From a virus (lineage: Duplodnaviria; Caudoviricetes), in the IMG/VR virus record IMGVR_UViG_3300010347_002030: 64,000 bases of DNA. One strand, written 5' to 3'. Of the stretch, positions 18,947-29,020 are shown piece after piece. A model generated the notes under the pieces. That model was not told where the DNA came from. It worked only from the letters and a program-made list of their open reading frames with translations, and did not search any database. The stretch's first letter is position 1, and every line of letters begins with the position of its first letter. Made by a program: the position numbers and the translations under genes.

Positions 18947-20277
18947 GTTACTTTTTTGAAGAATTCGTTAACTACTTCTTGAATATAAGTAGTTTGTTCT
19001 TTTGTAATAACTGGACTTGTCCCTAGGAAAAATGTATCTGTTGTAGCTTTTGTGGCATTCGGAAAGAGTTTTTTTATCTTGTTGTAATCGCCATAAGCCG
19101 GAACAAGATCTGAATAGGCTGGTTGAAGCAGTAAGTTTCCACCGAAATAGTTTCTTGTCTGGATTTTTCTATCTTCAAGAAACCGGCAAAACTCAGAACG
19201 TTTAAAGGGGGCTCCATCTTTTACCGTTAATGGAAACGCAAACCATGAAACGTCGGCGTGTTCAATTGCTTTGGGTAGAATAAAGTGTTCTTCGTATTGT
19301 TTGAAAATTGCCAGCAATGCCTCATAGTTTGCCTTTCTTTTAGCAATGATGTCTGGGAGTTTATCCAATTGGGATAGTCCCATAGCGCATTGTAATTCAA
19401 TCGGTTTGAGGTTGTATCCAATTTCCTCATAAACATATTTGTGATCGAAAATTTCCTCTGGGAAAGCTGGAATCCAATTTTTGAAACGACACCCACAAGA
19501 GCCTTTAGTTGACAGATTCGCTGCTTTACCAACACAATAGCATCCTCTTCCCCATTCACGAAGGCTACGAACAACTTTTTCTTGTTCGGCGGTGGAACAA
19601 ACAACAAAACCGCCTTCTCCCATTGTAATATGGTGGGCGGGATAGAAGGAATAGGATGACATTGCACCAAAGGCTCCCAATGGACGACCTCGGTAGGTTG
19701 AACCTAATGCATCACAACAGTCTTCAAGAAAAACAAGTTTATGAGTTGCCACAATATTCATAATGGCATCCATTTCTGGAGGATTTCCCAGAACATGAGC
19801 GAACATGATACCTTTTGCTTGAAAGTAATAAGCAGCCATGTCGGCTTGTTCTGGATTTAAGTTTAAGGTGTCAAGCTCTATATCAACAAACGCAGGAGTA
19901 AACCCATTTTGTAAAATCGGGTTAAGAGTTGTTGGAAAGCCTGCTACCGGAGTTATGATATGACCACGTTTAAGTCCCCATAACCGCTTTGACTTAAGAG
20001 CAGCAACCATTAAGAGATTTGAACTGGATCCACTGTTGGTTACGACACCATACGAGCGGTTAACCAATAAGGGAAATCGTTTTTCAAACTCTACTGCTTT
20101 ATTGCCGAGAACAAGCCATTCATCTAATAATACCGAAATGGCAGAAAGGTATTCTTCATTAGTGTAATATGGGCCAGCATATTGTACCCAATCCTTCCCC
20201 GGTGTCCATTTTTTTGTGGTGTGCTTTTCATTAAAGTACTTGGCAACAAGATCTAAAATAAGGTCTTTGGTGGTCAT
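18943..20277 (-). CDS. rfbH: CDP-4-keto-6-deoxyglucose 3-dehydrase (E1, RfbH/DdhC)
   Basis: NSGSSSNL; SFYPAHHITMGEGG (His in place of the PLP Lys); Fe-S Cys cluster GRGCYC..SCGC; DHKY. Confidence 0.9.
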   Translation of the reverse strand: MTTKDLILDLVAKYFNEKHTTKKWTPGKDWVQYAGPYYTNEEYLSAISVLLDEWLVLGNKAVEFEKRFPLLVNRSYGVVTNSGSSSNLLMVAALKSKRLWGLKRGHIITPVAGFPTTLNPILQNGFTPAFVDIELDTLNLNPEQADMAAYYFQAKGIMFAHVLGNPPEMDAIMNIVATHKLVFLEDCCDALGSTYRGRPLGAFGAMSSYSFYPAHHITMGEGGFVVCSTAEQEKVVRSLREWGRGCYCVGKAANLSTKGSCGCRFKNWIPAFPEEIFDHKYVYEEIGYNLKPIELQCAMGLSQLDKLPDIIAKRKANYEALLAIFKQYEEHFILPKAIEHADVSWFAFPLTVKDGAPFKRSEFCRFLEDRKIQTRNYFGGNLLLQPAYSDLVPAYGDYNKIKKLFPNATKATTDTFFLGTSPVITKEQTTYIQEVVNEFFKKVT

Positions 20278-20963
20278 GATGTAAAGATAGCAATGAAATC
20301 TTTGAGTTTTTGAGCATCTCTGGCTCGATCTCCTTCTAGACTTTTGTAATAAGCTCCGATATCGCCAGCAACCTCGATGCGTTTTTGATATGTTTCATCC
20401 TGTGGAGCTTTTCCGACGGCGGGGTGTATGTGCTCAATAATTAGATTTGGCATATAACATTTTCTTCCTATTCTTTCAGCCAAATCTGTTATCCACTCAT
20501 CGGTATAGGCAGACGCCAGTTTTGGTGGAAGTACATATCCAACCAACTCAACCCAATACCGATGAATGAATCCATGGGTTCCAATTCTGCCCCTTTGAAA
20601 ACCGTCTTCTCCATATACGAACAAAATTCTGTCTTCATATTTGGCAAATTCTTGTTCAACGATAACATCCCATTGTGGCGTCTTAAACACAATATCATCG
20701 GCACCAAAGAAAAAGATGTCGCCTTGAGCAAGCTTGCCGAGTTCGTTATACATTTGGCTACCAATGAGTTTGTTTCCTTGAACAGCATTTACGTTAAGAC
20801 GCTCGGCGGCATATTGTAAAGCTGGAATAGACTCTTCGTCATCGTCGTCTATGTAAACTAATAATTCAACGTTTTGGACATTGCTTACGGTATTGATGAT
20901 ACTGTCCACAAAACGAATGACGTTCTGTGGACGTTTTCTGGTTGGGGCTATAATACTAATCAT
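20274..20963 (-). CDS. Glycosyltransferase family 2-like
   Basis: ISIIAPTRKR, YIDDDD, GADD. Confidence 0.8.
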   Translation of the reverse strand: MISIIAPTRKRPQNVIRFVDSIINTVSNVQNVELLVYIDDDDEESIPALQYAAERLNVNAVQGNKLIGSQMYNELGKLAQGDIFFFGADDIVFKTPQWDVIVEQEFAKYEDRILFVYGEDGFQRGRIGTHGFIHRYWVELVGYVLPPKLASAYTDEWITDLAERIGRKCYMPNLIIEHIHPAVGKAPQDETYQKRIEVAGDIGAYYKSLEGDRARDAQKLKDFIAIFTS

Positions 20964-21892
20964 ACAATAGTTTCAGATTGATATTTTTCGTAATCAAATA
21001 GGTTAGGAGTTAAAAAGAGTTTTTCTTTTATAAATGGACCTAAACCGGGGTCTAGTGCAAACCCGTTTTCGTCGAATTTGGATGGGTCGTGGTCAAAAAT
21101 GTGTGCCCATTCGTCATACCCGAATCCAGTTGAACGGGCTCGTGGGTCATTTAAAATATCTAACATATCTAACCCAAACATAAGATTGTTCCAGTATCCC
21201 TTGGGACCAAGGTGGTCAAAGCCAGATGTGGCTCCATCAGCCGATTTAGTATGATAGATGACCAAATCTTTCACGACAACCCACTGTAGTTTGAGAGCAG
21301 CAAGCATAAAGGAAAATACTGATTCTGTACAGTATGCTTTGAAAATATCCGGAATTAAATGTCCGTAATATTGCAGCACACGGTCATCGTAAAGATTGAA
21401 ATGGAGGTTAATGCACTTACCCACCGGAACAATGAAATCTTGACCAACCCAGACATGATCGGTGGGAAGACCGAACCAATTTTCCTTGCCCATGTCCGTA
21501 TTTGTTTGGAGTGTCACGATACCATATTTACCTGTGACAAATCGCTTGTGCATTTCTTGTAGAGCATGGGTATGATTTTGAACATCCACACCAGAATCAA
21601 CGTAAAGGTACCCATCGTATCTACCCTTTCGTTTAATGATTTCCTGAACAGCTTTGTTGAAAGTAATATTGACTGGTTGAATCTCGTCCATGAAGCAATA
21701 CATGAGACGTTTTCCGAATTTCTTTTGAAGTCCTGTTTTTGTGGCGTTGTGCATAGCACATCCACTTACAACGGTATCGAAAGAAAATCCATTGGTAGTT
21801 TGTTTAAGCAGACTTTCAAGATGTTTGATATAGAGAAACAAATTGTTTTTCTGAATCTCACACGTATTGAATATGACGAGATATTTTTTCAT
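20960..21892 (-). CDS. Putative GT-A glycosyltransferase (paralog of 31553-32527)
   Basis: GT-A-like N-terminus, YVDSG, PDIFKAYCTES shared with the paralog. Confidence 0.6.
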   Translation of the reverse strand: MKKYLVIFNTCEIQKNNLFLYIKHLESLLKQTTNGFSFDTVVSGCAMHNATKTGLQKKFGKRLMYCFMDEIQPVNITFNKAVQEIIKRKGRYDGYLYVDSGVDVQNHTHALQEMHKRFVTGKYGIVTLQTNTDMGKENWFGLPTDHVWVGQDFIVPVGKCINLHFNLYDDRVLQYYGHLIPDIFKAYCTESVFSFMLAALKLQWVVVKDLVIYHTKSADGATSGFDHLGPKGYWNNLMFGLDMLDILNDPRARSTGFGYDEWAHIFDHDPSKFDENGFALDPGLGPFIKEKLFLTPNLFDYEKYQSETIV

Positions 21893-23415
21893 TAATCTCC
21901 GAGAAGTTTTCTCTTCAATTTGATTTTAGCCATTTCTTCAACGTTTCGTCGTTGCTGTAATCCAAACTTACGTTCAACCAAATTTAGATAGGCCGGATTT
22001 GTGAAATAAGTATGCCACGCATTGTCACGAAATGCCAGCACTTCGGCAGATGTGCAATACTTCGTTGGAAGCGGTTCTGACTCATAACTCAAGAAAGCGT
22101 ATCCTTCTGGAGTGGATGGTAATTTCCAACCTTCTCGGATAGCACGAACATATAGAGGACTTCCCGGTAAGGCCATACAAGGATACATATTGGTTGTCTC
22201 GGCGTTGATTTCTAATGCAAGATCCAACGTTGCTTGCATACTTTCTCTGGTATCATCCGGAAAACCAAAAATGAAGTTACTGATAACATTGATATCGGCA
22301 GCTTGGATGTCTTTACACACCTGACGGATATTAACATTCTGGAAGCTTCCTTTACTGACTTCGGTTCTGATTTCTTGCTTGGCGGCTTCGATGCCTAAAG
22401 CAAGCCAATTGATTCCGGCTTTTTTGAATAATTCGAGATATTGTTTACGAACTGTGTCGATACGGGCATAAGCCCACATGTTAAATTTCATCTTTCGGTC
22501 TATGATGTTATTCAATAAGGGTTCAAAGTAACGTTTGTCGAGAAAAAACATTTCATCAGACAGACGTACCGTTTCTACACCATAAGTGGCAAGTTTTTCA
22601 AACTCTTTGGTAATAAAGTTCGGAGACCAGAACCGCATAATGCGACTATCCGCAGAAGAAATTCCATCGGAATTATCTTTACGGTTGAGAATGTTAATCA
22701 TACAGAAATCACAGCCAAATCGGCATCCTAAGCTGGTATAAATAGCCGCAAATGGTGTTCTACGAGGTTTATCGAAGTTGACATGCCAAAAGTGAGCCCG
22801 ATATAAATCAAATGGTTTTTGTTTGTACGGGAGTAAATCCCACGCATATCCCGGTAAGTCTTGGTCCATCTTGTCATTTGGAACCACGAATTCTGGGGGA
22901 TTAAGAACACTAAGGCCATTTGGTTTCCAACCTATTCCCCTGACTTTCTGTAAATCTTCCGATGTTTTCAGATCGGTTAGAAGAAGATTGCGTAAGGCAT
23001 AAACACCTTCGTTAAGGAGTACAAAGTCAACAAACGGTTTGGCTAAGACTTCTTTAGGTAGAGCACTTACATGTGAACCAACCATGCAAATAGGAAGACT
23101 TGGTAAAGCTTCCTTAAGTTTCTCGCCAGTGCGGTAGGCTCCAATCATCATGGTTGTTCCAGAGTTTGGGTTCTGTCCATACATCACGAAAACTACCAAT
23201 CGTGGTTTTAACTCTTCTACACGACGAACTACCTGTTCGTCGGTTAATCGTTCAGCATTGGCGTCTAGAATGCCAACTTTAAATCCAACTGAACGACAAC
23301 TTTGGGCTAGTAGTAAAGACCACGTTGGTGTTTCAATAGCACTAAATTCGTCGGCAAGTGCTTGATAAGCTTCCTTGGCGGTATTTGGTTCGATGAATAA
23401 TACGTCTAAGTTCAT
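21892..23415 (-). CDS. Cobalamin-dependent radical SAM enzyme
   Basis: N-terminal B12-binding domain (GSHVSALP, NEG), CRFGCDFC, LGIE, FIFGFPDDT. Confidence 0.9.
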   Translation of the reverse strand: MNLDVLFIEPNTAKEAYQALADEFSAIETPTWSLLLAQSCRSVGFKVGILDANAERLTDEQVVRRVEELKPRLVVFVMYGQNPNSGTTMMIGAYRTGEKLKEALPSLPICMVGSHVSALPKEVLAKPFVDFVLLNEGVYALRNLLLTDLKTSEDLQKVRGIGWKPNGLSVLNPPEFVVPNDKMDQDLPGYAWDLLPYKQKPFDLYRAHFWHVNFDKPRRTPFAAIYTSLGCRFGCDFCMINILNRKDNSDGISSADSRIMRFWSPNFITKEFEKLATYGVETVRLSDEMFFLDKRYFEPLLNNIIDRKMKFNMWAYARIDTVRKQYLELFKKAGINWLALGIEAAKQEIRTEVSKGSFQNVNIRQVCKDIQAADINVISNFIFGFPDDTRESMQATLDLALEINAETTNMYPCMALPGSPLYVRAIREGWKLPSTPEGYAFLSYESEPLPTKYCTSAEVLAFRDNAWHTYFTNPAYLNLVERKFGLQQRRNVEEMAKIKLKRKLLGD

Positions 23416-23927
23416 GAGTCCCTTTTTGATACAATTGGTTCTTTTACCGGCCAAAATACATTATATTTTGGGTCATTCCATTTAACATGAAGTTGCTGTT
23501 CAATTGGAACGTATGTGTCTGAAAGTTTGTAACTAAAAATACACGTTTCAGATAAACAAAGATGTGCGTTTACACACCCAGATGGAATAAGTATTTGAGT
23601 CCTATTTCTTTCGTTCAAATAAAATGTTTCCACCTTGTCTTTTGTTTCGCCTTCACGTAGATCGATAACAACGAGTTGGATCGAACCTTGGATACATTGA
23701 ACCAGTTTCCATGCTTTGGCGTCTCCGTGAAATCCTCTAAGCACATCCTTTTTTGAAAAAGAAAAGGAATCCACATTGAACGTCAATTTTGGTAAATTCA
23801 GTTTGTTAAGCATCTCCAGCATTTCAATACTGCTGAACGTTTGAACGTTTTCTCCCCGGTGGTCATAAAATACGTTTGGGTGAATGACAACCAATCCGTT
23901 TATTTTTTTGGATTCTTCAAATCGCAT
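23412..23927 (-). CDS. rmlC: dTDP-4-dehydrorhamnose 3,5-epimerase-like
   Basis: DHRG, SKKDVLRGFH, KLVQC, DLR, WNDP..WP, SKRD. Confidence 0.85.
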   Translation of the reverse strand: MRFEESKKINGLVVIHPNVFYDHRGENVQTFSSIEMLEMLNKLNLPKLTFNVDSFSFSKKDVLRGFHGDAKAWKLVQCIQGSIQLVVIDLREGETKDKVETFYLNERNRTQILIPSGCVNAHLCLSETCIFSYKLSDTYVPIEQQLHVKWNDPKYNVFWPVKEPIVSKRDS

Positions 23928-23952
23928 GTTACATCTCTCTACAAATCGTATT

Positions 23953-24915
23953 TTAGACATCCGAGAACGGACAATTGGTGTGTTTTATAATTGGACAAGC
24001 TTCTAACACTTCTCGAATTGAATCGTCCAAGGAATATTTTGGAGTCCAACCGGTCGCTTCCAATTTTTGATTGGAAACAATGTAATTTCTTTGATCTGGG
24101 TCTTTGTTAATTGGAGACTCGGTGATAAAGAAATCCGGAACTTGTTTTTTGATGGCAAGGCACAGGTCCATTTTATTTACATTTGCTGACGTGTTACCAA
24201 GATTGTAAACCTGACCTCGCATTTTTTCTTGGTTGATAATACCTAATAGAATAGCACTAGCCACATCACGCACATGAATGAAGTTTCGTAAAAAATTTGA
24301 CTCGAAAAGGACTATGAAACGGTCATTCCATGCTCTCCATGTGAAATCATTAACGAGCAAATCCATACGCATTTTACGGGACACCCCCATAACCGTTGCC
24401 AAACGGAATGTGATGTTGTTTCCGGAAGCCATAATTGCTTTTTCGGCAGCACATTTAGTCTTTCCGTAAATGGAGATTGGACTCAAAGGGGTTTCTTCGG
24501 TGCAAAATACAGCTTTACCTTCAACGTGCTGACCAAGACCATAACCTGAGTTTGTATTGGCGTGAATAACCAATTGTTCTGGGGTTACTGTCCTTGCCAA
24601 GAATTCAGCACTATCTTGATTAACTTGGCGAGCCTCGATAGGAAAACGATTGCAGATTGGCATTCCAACATAGGCAGCAAGGTTCACAATAACGTCGTGT
24701 TTGGTGATTTGTTCTTTGTAAAGTACTTCGTTTCGAACATCTCCTAAAACAAAACGAAATTTTGGGTTATTACAATATTCCAAGATACCATGTTGTCGAT
24801 GTATGAGGTTATCGAATACAGTAACTTGAAACCCCGCATCCAGAAGAGTTTCAGTTAGAATGTTTCCAATGTATCCAGCTCCACCAGTTATTAATATTTT
24901 TGTCATAGTTATCAT
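23953..24915 (-). CDS. NAD-dependent epimerase/reductase (SDR)
   Basis: GGAGYIG, YGKTK, RLATV, RMDLLVNDF. Confidence 0.88.
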   Translation of the reverse strand: MITMTKILITGGAGYIGNILTETLLDAGFQVTVFDNLIHRQHGILEYCNNPKFRFVLGDVRNEVLYKEQITKHDVIVNLAAYVGMPICNRFPIEARQVNQDSAEFLARTVTPEQLVIHANTNSGYGLGQHVEGKAVFCTEETPLSPISIYGKTKCAAEKAIMASGNNITFRLATVMGVSRKMRMDLLVNDFTWRAWNDRFIVLFESNFLRNFIHVRDVASAILLGIINQEKMRGQVYNLGNTSANVNKMDLCLAIKKQVPDFFITESPINKDPDQRNYIVSNQKLEATGWTPKYSLDDSIREVLEACPIIKHTNCPFSDV

Positions 24916-25877
24916 TGATCCCAGAAACGATACAATTCTTCTATGAAGTAATCTACGCTCTTGTCAAACGGTATGACAGGCTTCCATCCTGTATCTCTGG
25001 TAAATTTTTCCATACTTGGAATTTGAACTGTGATGTCTGACGGTCGTAGAAGGGCAGGATTCTGATAGGTTTTCACGGAGACATTCATTTTATTAATTAG
25101 CATCTCCAAGAAGTCGCCAATTCGGATTCCAACAGTTCCGCCTATATTGTAAACCTCCCCCATCTTACATTTTTGCGTTGCAATCCAATAAGCTTCTGCG
25201 GCTTCACGAACATCAATGAACGTTCTAACGGTTTCCAAGTTTCCATGTTCAAGCACTTTTCGTGTTCCATGCTTGATTTCCAAAATCTGTTTTGCAAACG
25301 CCGTAGCGAACAAGTCTGCTCTACGAGCGTTTAGATAAGTGAACATTCTCGTTCGAACTATGTTCATTCCATAGTTTAGGAAATACACATAACCTAGATT
25401 GTCCTGAGCCATTTTAGAGACAGCATAGGGGTTAATTGGTTTGAGAGGACAATCTTCGGTAATGGGAATGTGTTCTGGTCCAACCGCTCCATACACTTCT
25501 GACGTGCTGCAAATCTGAATGATTGGATTATACCCACTCTTGTTTTTTAAAAGTCTTATTGCTTCTAAGAGGTTCAACGTTATGTTAACGTTGTTTGTAA
25601 CTACTTCATGTGGGTAATCAAACGATTTTCTGACATTGGCCATTGAAGCAATGTGCATTATAATATCCGGACGGTCTTCATCGAAGAGTCTGTAAACAGA
25701 TAAAGAATCGTTCAAATCTAGATATCGTATTTGTAGTTTGTCTTTGATATGAGCGATATTCTTTGATGGAGCGTGGGATCGAGTTGTTCCAATAACCGTG
25801 ACACCCACTTTTTCCAGTAGATATTCGGCCAAGTAACTTCCTCCGCTTCCAGTAATTCCGGTTATTAGAACTTTCAT
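24912..25877 (-). CDS. gmd: GDP-mannose 4,6-dehydratase-like SDR
   Basis: GITGSGGSYLAE, STSEVYG, PYAVSK, GNLETVRTF. Confidence 0.75.
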   Translation of the reverse strand: MKVLITGITGSGGSYLAEYLLEKVGVTVIGTTRSHAPSKNIAHIKDKLQIRYLDLNDSLSVYRLFDEDRPDIIMHIASMANVRKSFDYPHEVVTNNVNITLNLLEAIRLLKNKSGYNPIIQICSTSEVYGAVGPEHIPITEDCPLKPINPYAVSKMAQDNLGYVYFLNYGMNIVRTRMFTYLNARRADLFATAFAKQILEIKHGTRKVLEHGNLETVRTFIDVREAAEAYWIATQKCKMGEVYNIGGTVGIRIGDFLEMLINKMNVSVKTYQNPALLRPSDITVQIPSMEKFTRDTGWKPVIPFDKSVDYFIEELYRFWDQ

Positions 25878-25903
25878 GATACTGATTTCAATAATATTGA
25901 TGA

Positions 25904-25932
25904 ACTATACACTTTTTGTAAAGGAATAGCAA
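25904..25932 (-). promoter_or_regulatory. Sigma70-like promoter inside the sugar cluster
   Basis: TTGCTA-17 nt-TATAGT. Confidence 0.6.
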
Positions 25933-25938
25933 CATATT

Positions 25939-27150
25939 TTATTTTTCTTTTGATAAGATGTCGTGCGCTCTTTGTAGAATTGAAGAACTAGAATCACTTT
26001 TCTCCCCTCCTACGTTGTAGATCATTTTTATACCTAAACGTTGACATGTTTCTTGTTCTTTCGAAGGGGCACTAGTGGGCTTTCTATCTCCTCCGTTACA
26101 AAATATAGATGGACGAACTATTTCTAACGTTTTCGAAACTGTCCCATCTTCATCTATTGCTATAATAGTCTCGTCCACTCCTCGAATGTTTCGGACAATA
26201 TATTCTCGGCTTTTTTCATTTACGACGACAGGAGTGGATTTCATTGCCGCTTGTTTGTCTGAGTTTACGATTACCACAAGATACCCCCCGAGTTTTCTCG
26301 CTTCGGTTATATAGTCTATGTGACCTTTGTGAAGAATTTGAAAGTATCCACTTACTGCTACAACCGGAGTGTATCTTTTTGTAATTTTCCTACAGATATC
26401 CAATAGACGTTCTGTGGAAAGAGTAGATTTGATGAGACTGACATTTTTATCAATCCATTGAATGTTTCCTTTAACATAACCAAGAGCGTTATTTTTTAGG
26501 TCCAACGAAGCATTTCCGATTCCTCGACGGGAAGTAAAAAATAAATCTTTTCCGGTTAATGCACATTTTCCTCCTTGTTCCAAAAAAAGAACATTCAGAT
26601 CGTCAATTGATATGGAAAAGTCAAGGTTTCTGTCTTTTGCTCTTCTTTTTATCTCTGTAAACGTCTTTTTTCCGATATAGCCACACCCCTTGAAGTTTTT
26701 GTGATGATTGAGGGAGTACATGGGAATTCCATAGAATGGTTTAGGCATGTGTCGGTATTGATGTATGCTTATGCACCGATTTAGGAATTCGGATTGGGAA
26801 AGATTGTTTTTCATCCGATTCACGTCTTTATGAATCCATTGGAGGTTTCCTTTTACATAGCCCTGCCTTGAGTCGATTCTATCTAAAAAGGCATTTCCGA
26901 CCTCGAAATCAATGGGTTCTCCTGTAAAAACACACTTTCGGTCTTGTGAGAGATACAGTTCCTCCAATAATGAAATTGAAACGTCAAAGGTAATAAATCG
27001 AGTCTTTGCATTTCGCAGTAAGGAATGATAATAGTCCAACGGAATAAAATTTCCTCCCTCCCATCGGCTGTGCTCATGCCCCCGGCGAGTTCTTAGACAG
27101 CGTTTTAAGCATGTTTTTGTTCGTAAAATATTGGATTCTTGAATCATCAT
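25939..27150 (-). CDS. Fusion of two HNH-like endonuclease repeats to a cytidylyl/adenylyltransferase (RfaE-II/TagD-like)
   Basis: Two C..TG..LD..GYVKGN.QW repeats, then VAVSGYFQILHKGH, NSD, NGGDR, KSDSSS. Confidence 0.8.
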   Translation of the reverse strand: MMIQESNILRTKTCLKRCLRTRRGHEHSRWEGGNFIPLDYYHSLLRNAKTRFITFDVSISLLEELYLSQDRKCVFTGEPIDFEVGNAFLDRIDSRQGYVKGNLQWIHKDVNRMKNNLSQSEFLNRCISIHQYRHMPKPFYGIPMYSLNHHKNFKGCGYIGKKTFTEIKRRAKDRNLDFSISIDDLNVLFLEQGGKCALTGKDLFFTSRRGIGNASLDLKNNALGYVKGNIQWIDKNVSLIKSTLSTERLLDICRKITKRYTPVVAVSGYFQILHKGHIDYITEARKLGGYLVVIVNSDKQAAMKSTPVVVNEKSREYIVRNIRGVDETIIAIDEDGTVSKTLEIVRPSIFCNGGDRKPTSAPSKEQETCQRLGIKMIYNVGGEKSDSSSSILQRAHDILSKEK

Positions 27151-28111
27151 TACCTCCGTTGTAAATTACTGATACGCCCGATTCCTCGAAACTAAATTCC
27201 AAAATGTTATTTGCGAATATGTCGTAGAGCTTTTGTTTTGTAATTGGATTACAGAGAACCAATATAAACCCACAACCGCCCGCACCTAAAAGTTTCCAAC
27301 CACAGGCACCCATACTACGAATTTCATCAATGATTTTGTTGATTTTTCCTGTCGTGATGAACGGGGATATTCGTTGTTTCTCTTCCCAAGTAGCTCTCAA
27401 CAACTTTCCGATGCCTTCGATGTCTTCATTCAAAAAATATCTATGAGCTTCTTTGGCTATTTGAAGGATAGCTGTTTTATCTTTGTGTTCATGCGATTTG
27501 GCAATACTGTTTTGTTCTCTTTGGTCGTTGGTGTAAATCAAAAGCATGGACTTTTGAAGCTCTTCTCGAAATTCCTTGGTTACAGCTAGTGGTTTTACAA
27601 GAAAGTTTCCATTGGGTTGAATTTCAATGGTATTCAATCCTCCATAAGCAGGCCAAATCTGGTCTTGGATACCACCAGCCTCTCGTAAAATAACACGTTC
27701 AATATGAATAGCTTCATAAGCAAGTTCTTTAGGAGAGATTTCTACTTTTCCGAATACTTTGTTTAAAAGGTAAAGCATTCCAACACAAAAAGATGAAGAG
27801 CCACCCAGTCCCGTTCTCGAAGGTACATCCGAAAATGAGTTGAATTCGATGGTTTGGTCAATGTTTCGATATTTTAGTATTTCTCGAATCAGTGGGTTGT
27901 GAATCTCGTCCCAATTCTTAACGATTTGTTGTTGAGAGTAAGTAATAATGCTCTCTTGTGGTAGAATGGGTGGGCGTTTACGCATGGAAAGGTACACATT
28001 CTTATCAATCGTCGTCCCAATAAGGAAAGAGCCATGTTGTTCGTAGAATTCTTTGTAGTCCGTGGAACCTCCAAAGAACGAAATTCTAAATGGTGCCTTG
28101 ACTATAATCAT
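27074..28111 (-). CDS. hddA: GHMP sugar kinase, heptose-7-phosphate kinase-like
   Basis: APFRISFFGGSTD, PSRTGLGGSS, GIQDQ, KLLGAGGCGF. Confidence 0.85.
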   Translation of the reverse strand: MIIVKAPFRISFFGGSTDYKEFYEQHGSFLIGTTIDKNVYLSMRKRPPILPQESIITYSQQQIVKNWDEIHNPLIREILKYRNIDQTIEFNSFSDVPSRTGLGGSSSFCVGMLYLLNKVFGKVEISPKELAYEAIHIERVILREAGGIQDQIWPAYGGLNTIEIQPNGNFLVKPLAVTKEFREELQKSMLLIYTNDQREQNSIAKSHEHKDKTAILQIAKEAHRYFLNEDIEGIGKLLRATWEEKQRISPFITTGKINKIIDEIRSMGACGWKLLGAGGCGFILVLCNPITKQKLYDIFANNILEFSFEESGVSVIYNGGNDDSRIQYFTNKNMLKTLSKNSPGA

Positions 28112-28494
28112 TTCTGTGAGTCTCCTTTCCAGACCCGGTAACTGTCGGAATCTTCATGATGAGTAGAAACCTCAAATATTACTCCATCAGTATTAGCAAT
28201 AAGTTGGTGTGGTTGTCCCGGTCTCTGCCGAACAATATCACCTACATTCAATGTAACTTCGTGAACATCGGCATTCGTCGTGTCAATCCACCGATAGAGA
28301 AAAATTCCATTTTGGACATACCACGTTTCATCTTTATTCATGTGGTAATGCATTGAAAATTTACATCCCTGTTTGAAGATAAGCAATTTGCCGCAATAGA
28401 GATCATTATTTTCAATGATGAGTTCTTCGCCCCATCCCTTCGGAACTTTGCAACCATGGCAAACTTCTGGTTTGATGCATTCGTTATTTTTCAT
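28108..28494 (-). CDS. Cupin sugar isomerase-like protein
   Basis: KGWGEE, SMHYHMNKDETW, PGQPH, EVST. Confidence 0.8.
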   Translation of the reverse strand: MKNNECIKPEVCHGCKVPKGWGEELIIENNDLYCGKLLIFKQGCKFSMHYHMNKDETWYVQNGIFLYRWIDTTNADVHEVTLNVGDIVRQRPGQPHQLIANTDGVIFEVSTHHEDSDSYRVWKGDSQK

Positions 28495-29020
28495 TATAAA
28501 AATCTCCCCATTCTACTAGGATGGTTGATTTACCGTCCGTTCTCGTATAAGCCTTTTCGTAAGCAGGAAAAATCTGATCTGGTTCATCTAATCGAATAAT
28601 TTCGACGTTTGGAGCCATCAAGCGAAAAGCTTCTGTGTAATCTCCGACGTGCTGATGTTGTGGGTGAAGAGGACGTTCTGAACCAATCGATGTTCGGATG
28701 ATGACTTTCGGACGATATGGAATATCTGCCATACCGGGAATCTTATCCAAATGATTTACTATTTGGTTTGTAGCGAGCAAAAGAAAGTTCCATCTGGGAT
28801 AAATTGATATAGGAATTAGTCCCTTGAGCGATAAACCGATACTCATTCCCATTTGCATGTCTTCTGTAACTGGCATTTCCAATAACTTGGCTCTATCCAC
28901 GTCTTTTAATGTGTTTGTCATTGCTGTTCCGGCATATTCCACTGCTTGACCGAGGAACATTGTATTATCTTTTTGTCCTAGCCATGTCATGGCTCTTTTT
29001 AATTCGTCAAAGTATTTCAT
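28484..29020 (-). CDS. TPP-enzyme E1 beta/transketolase pyrimidine-binding subunit (short form)
   Basis: FLGQ, EMPVTED..G, NQIVN, PQHQH. Confidence 0.85.
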   Translation of the reverse strand: MKYFDELKRAMTWLGQKDNTMFLGQAVEYAGTAMTNTLKDVDRAKLLEMPVTEDMQMGMSIGLSLKGLIPISIYPRWNFLLLATNQIVNHLDKIPGMADIPYRPKVIIRTSIGSERPLHPQHQHVGDYTEAFRLMAPNVEIIRLDEPDQIFPAYEKAYTRTDGKSTILVEWGDFYNEK

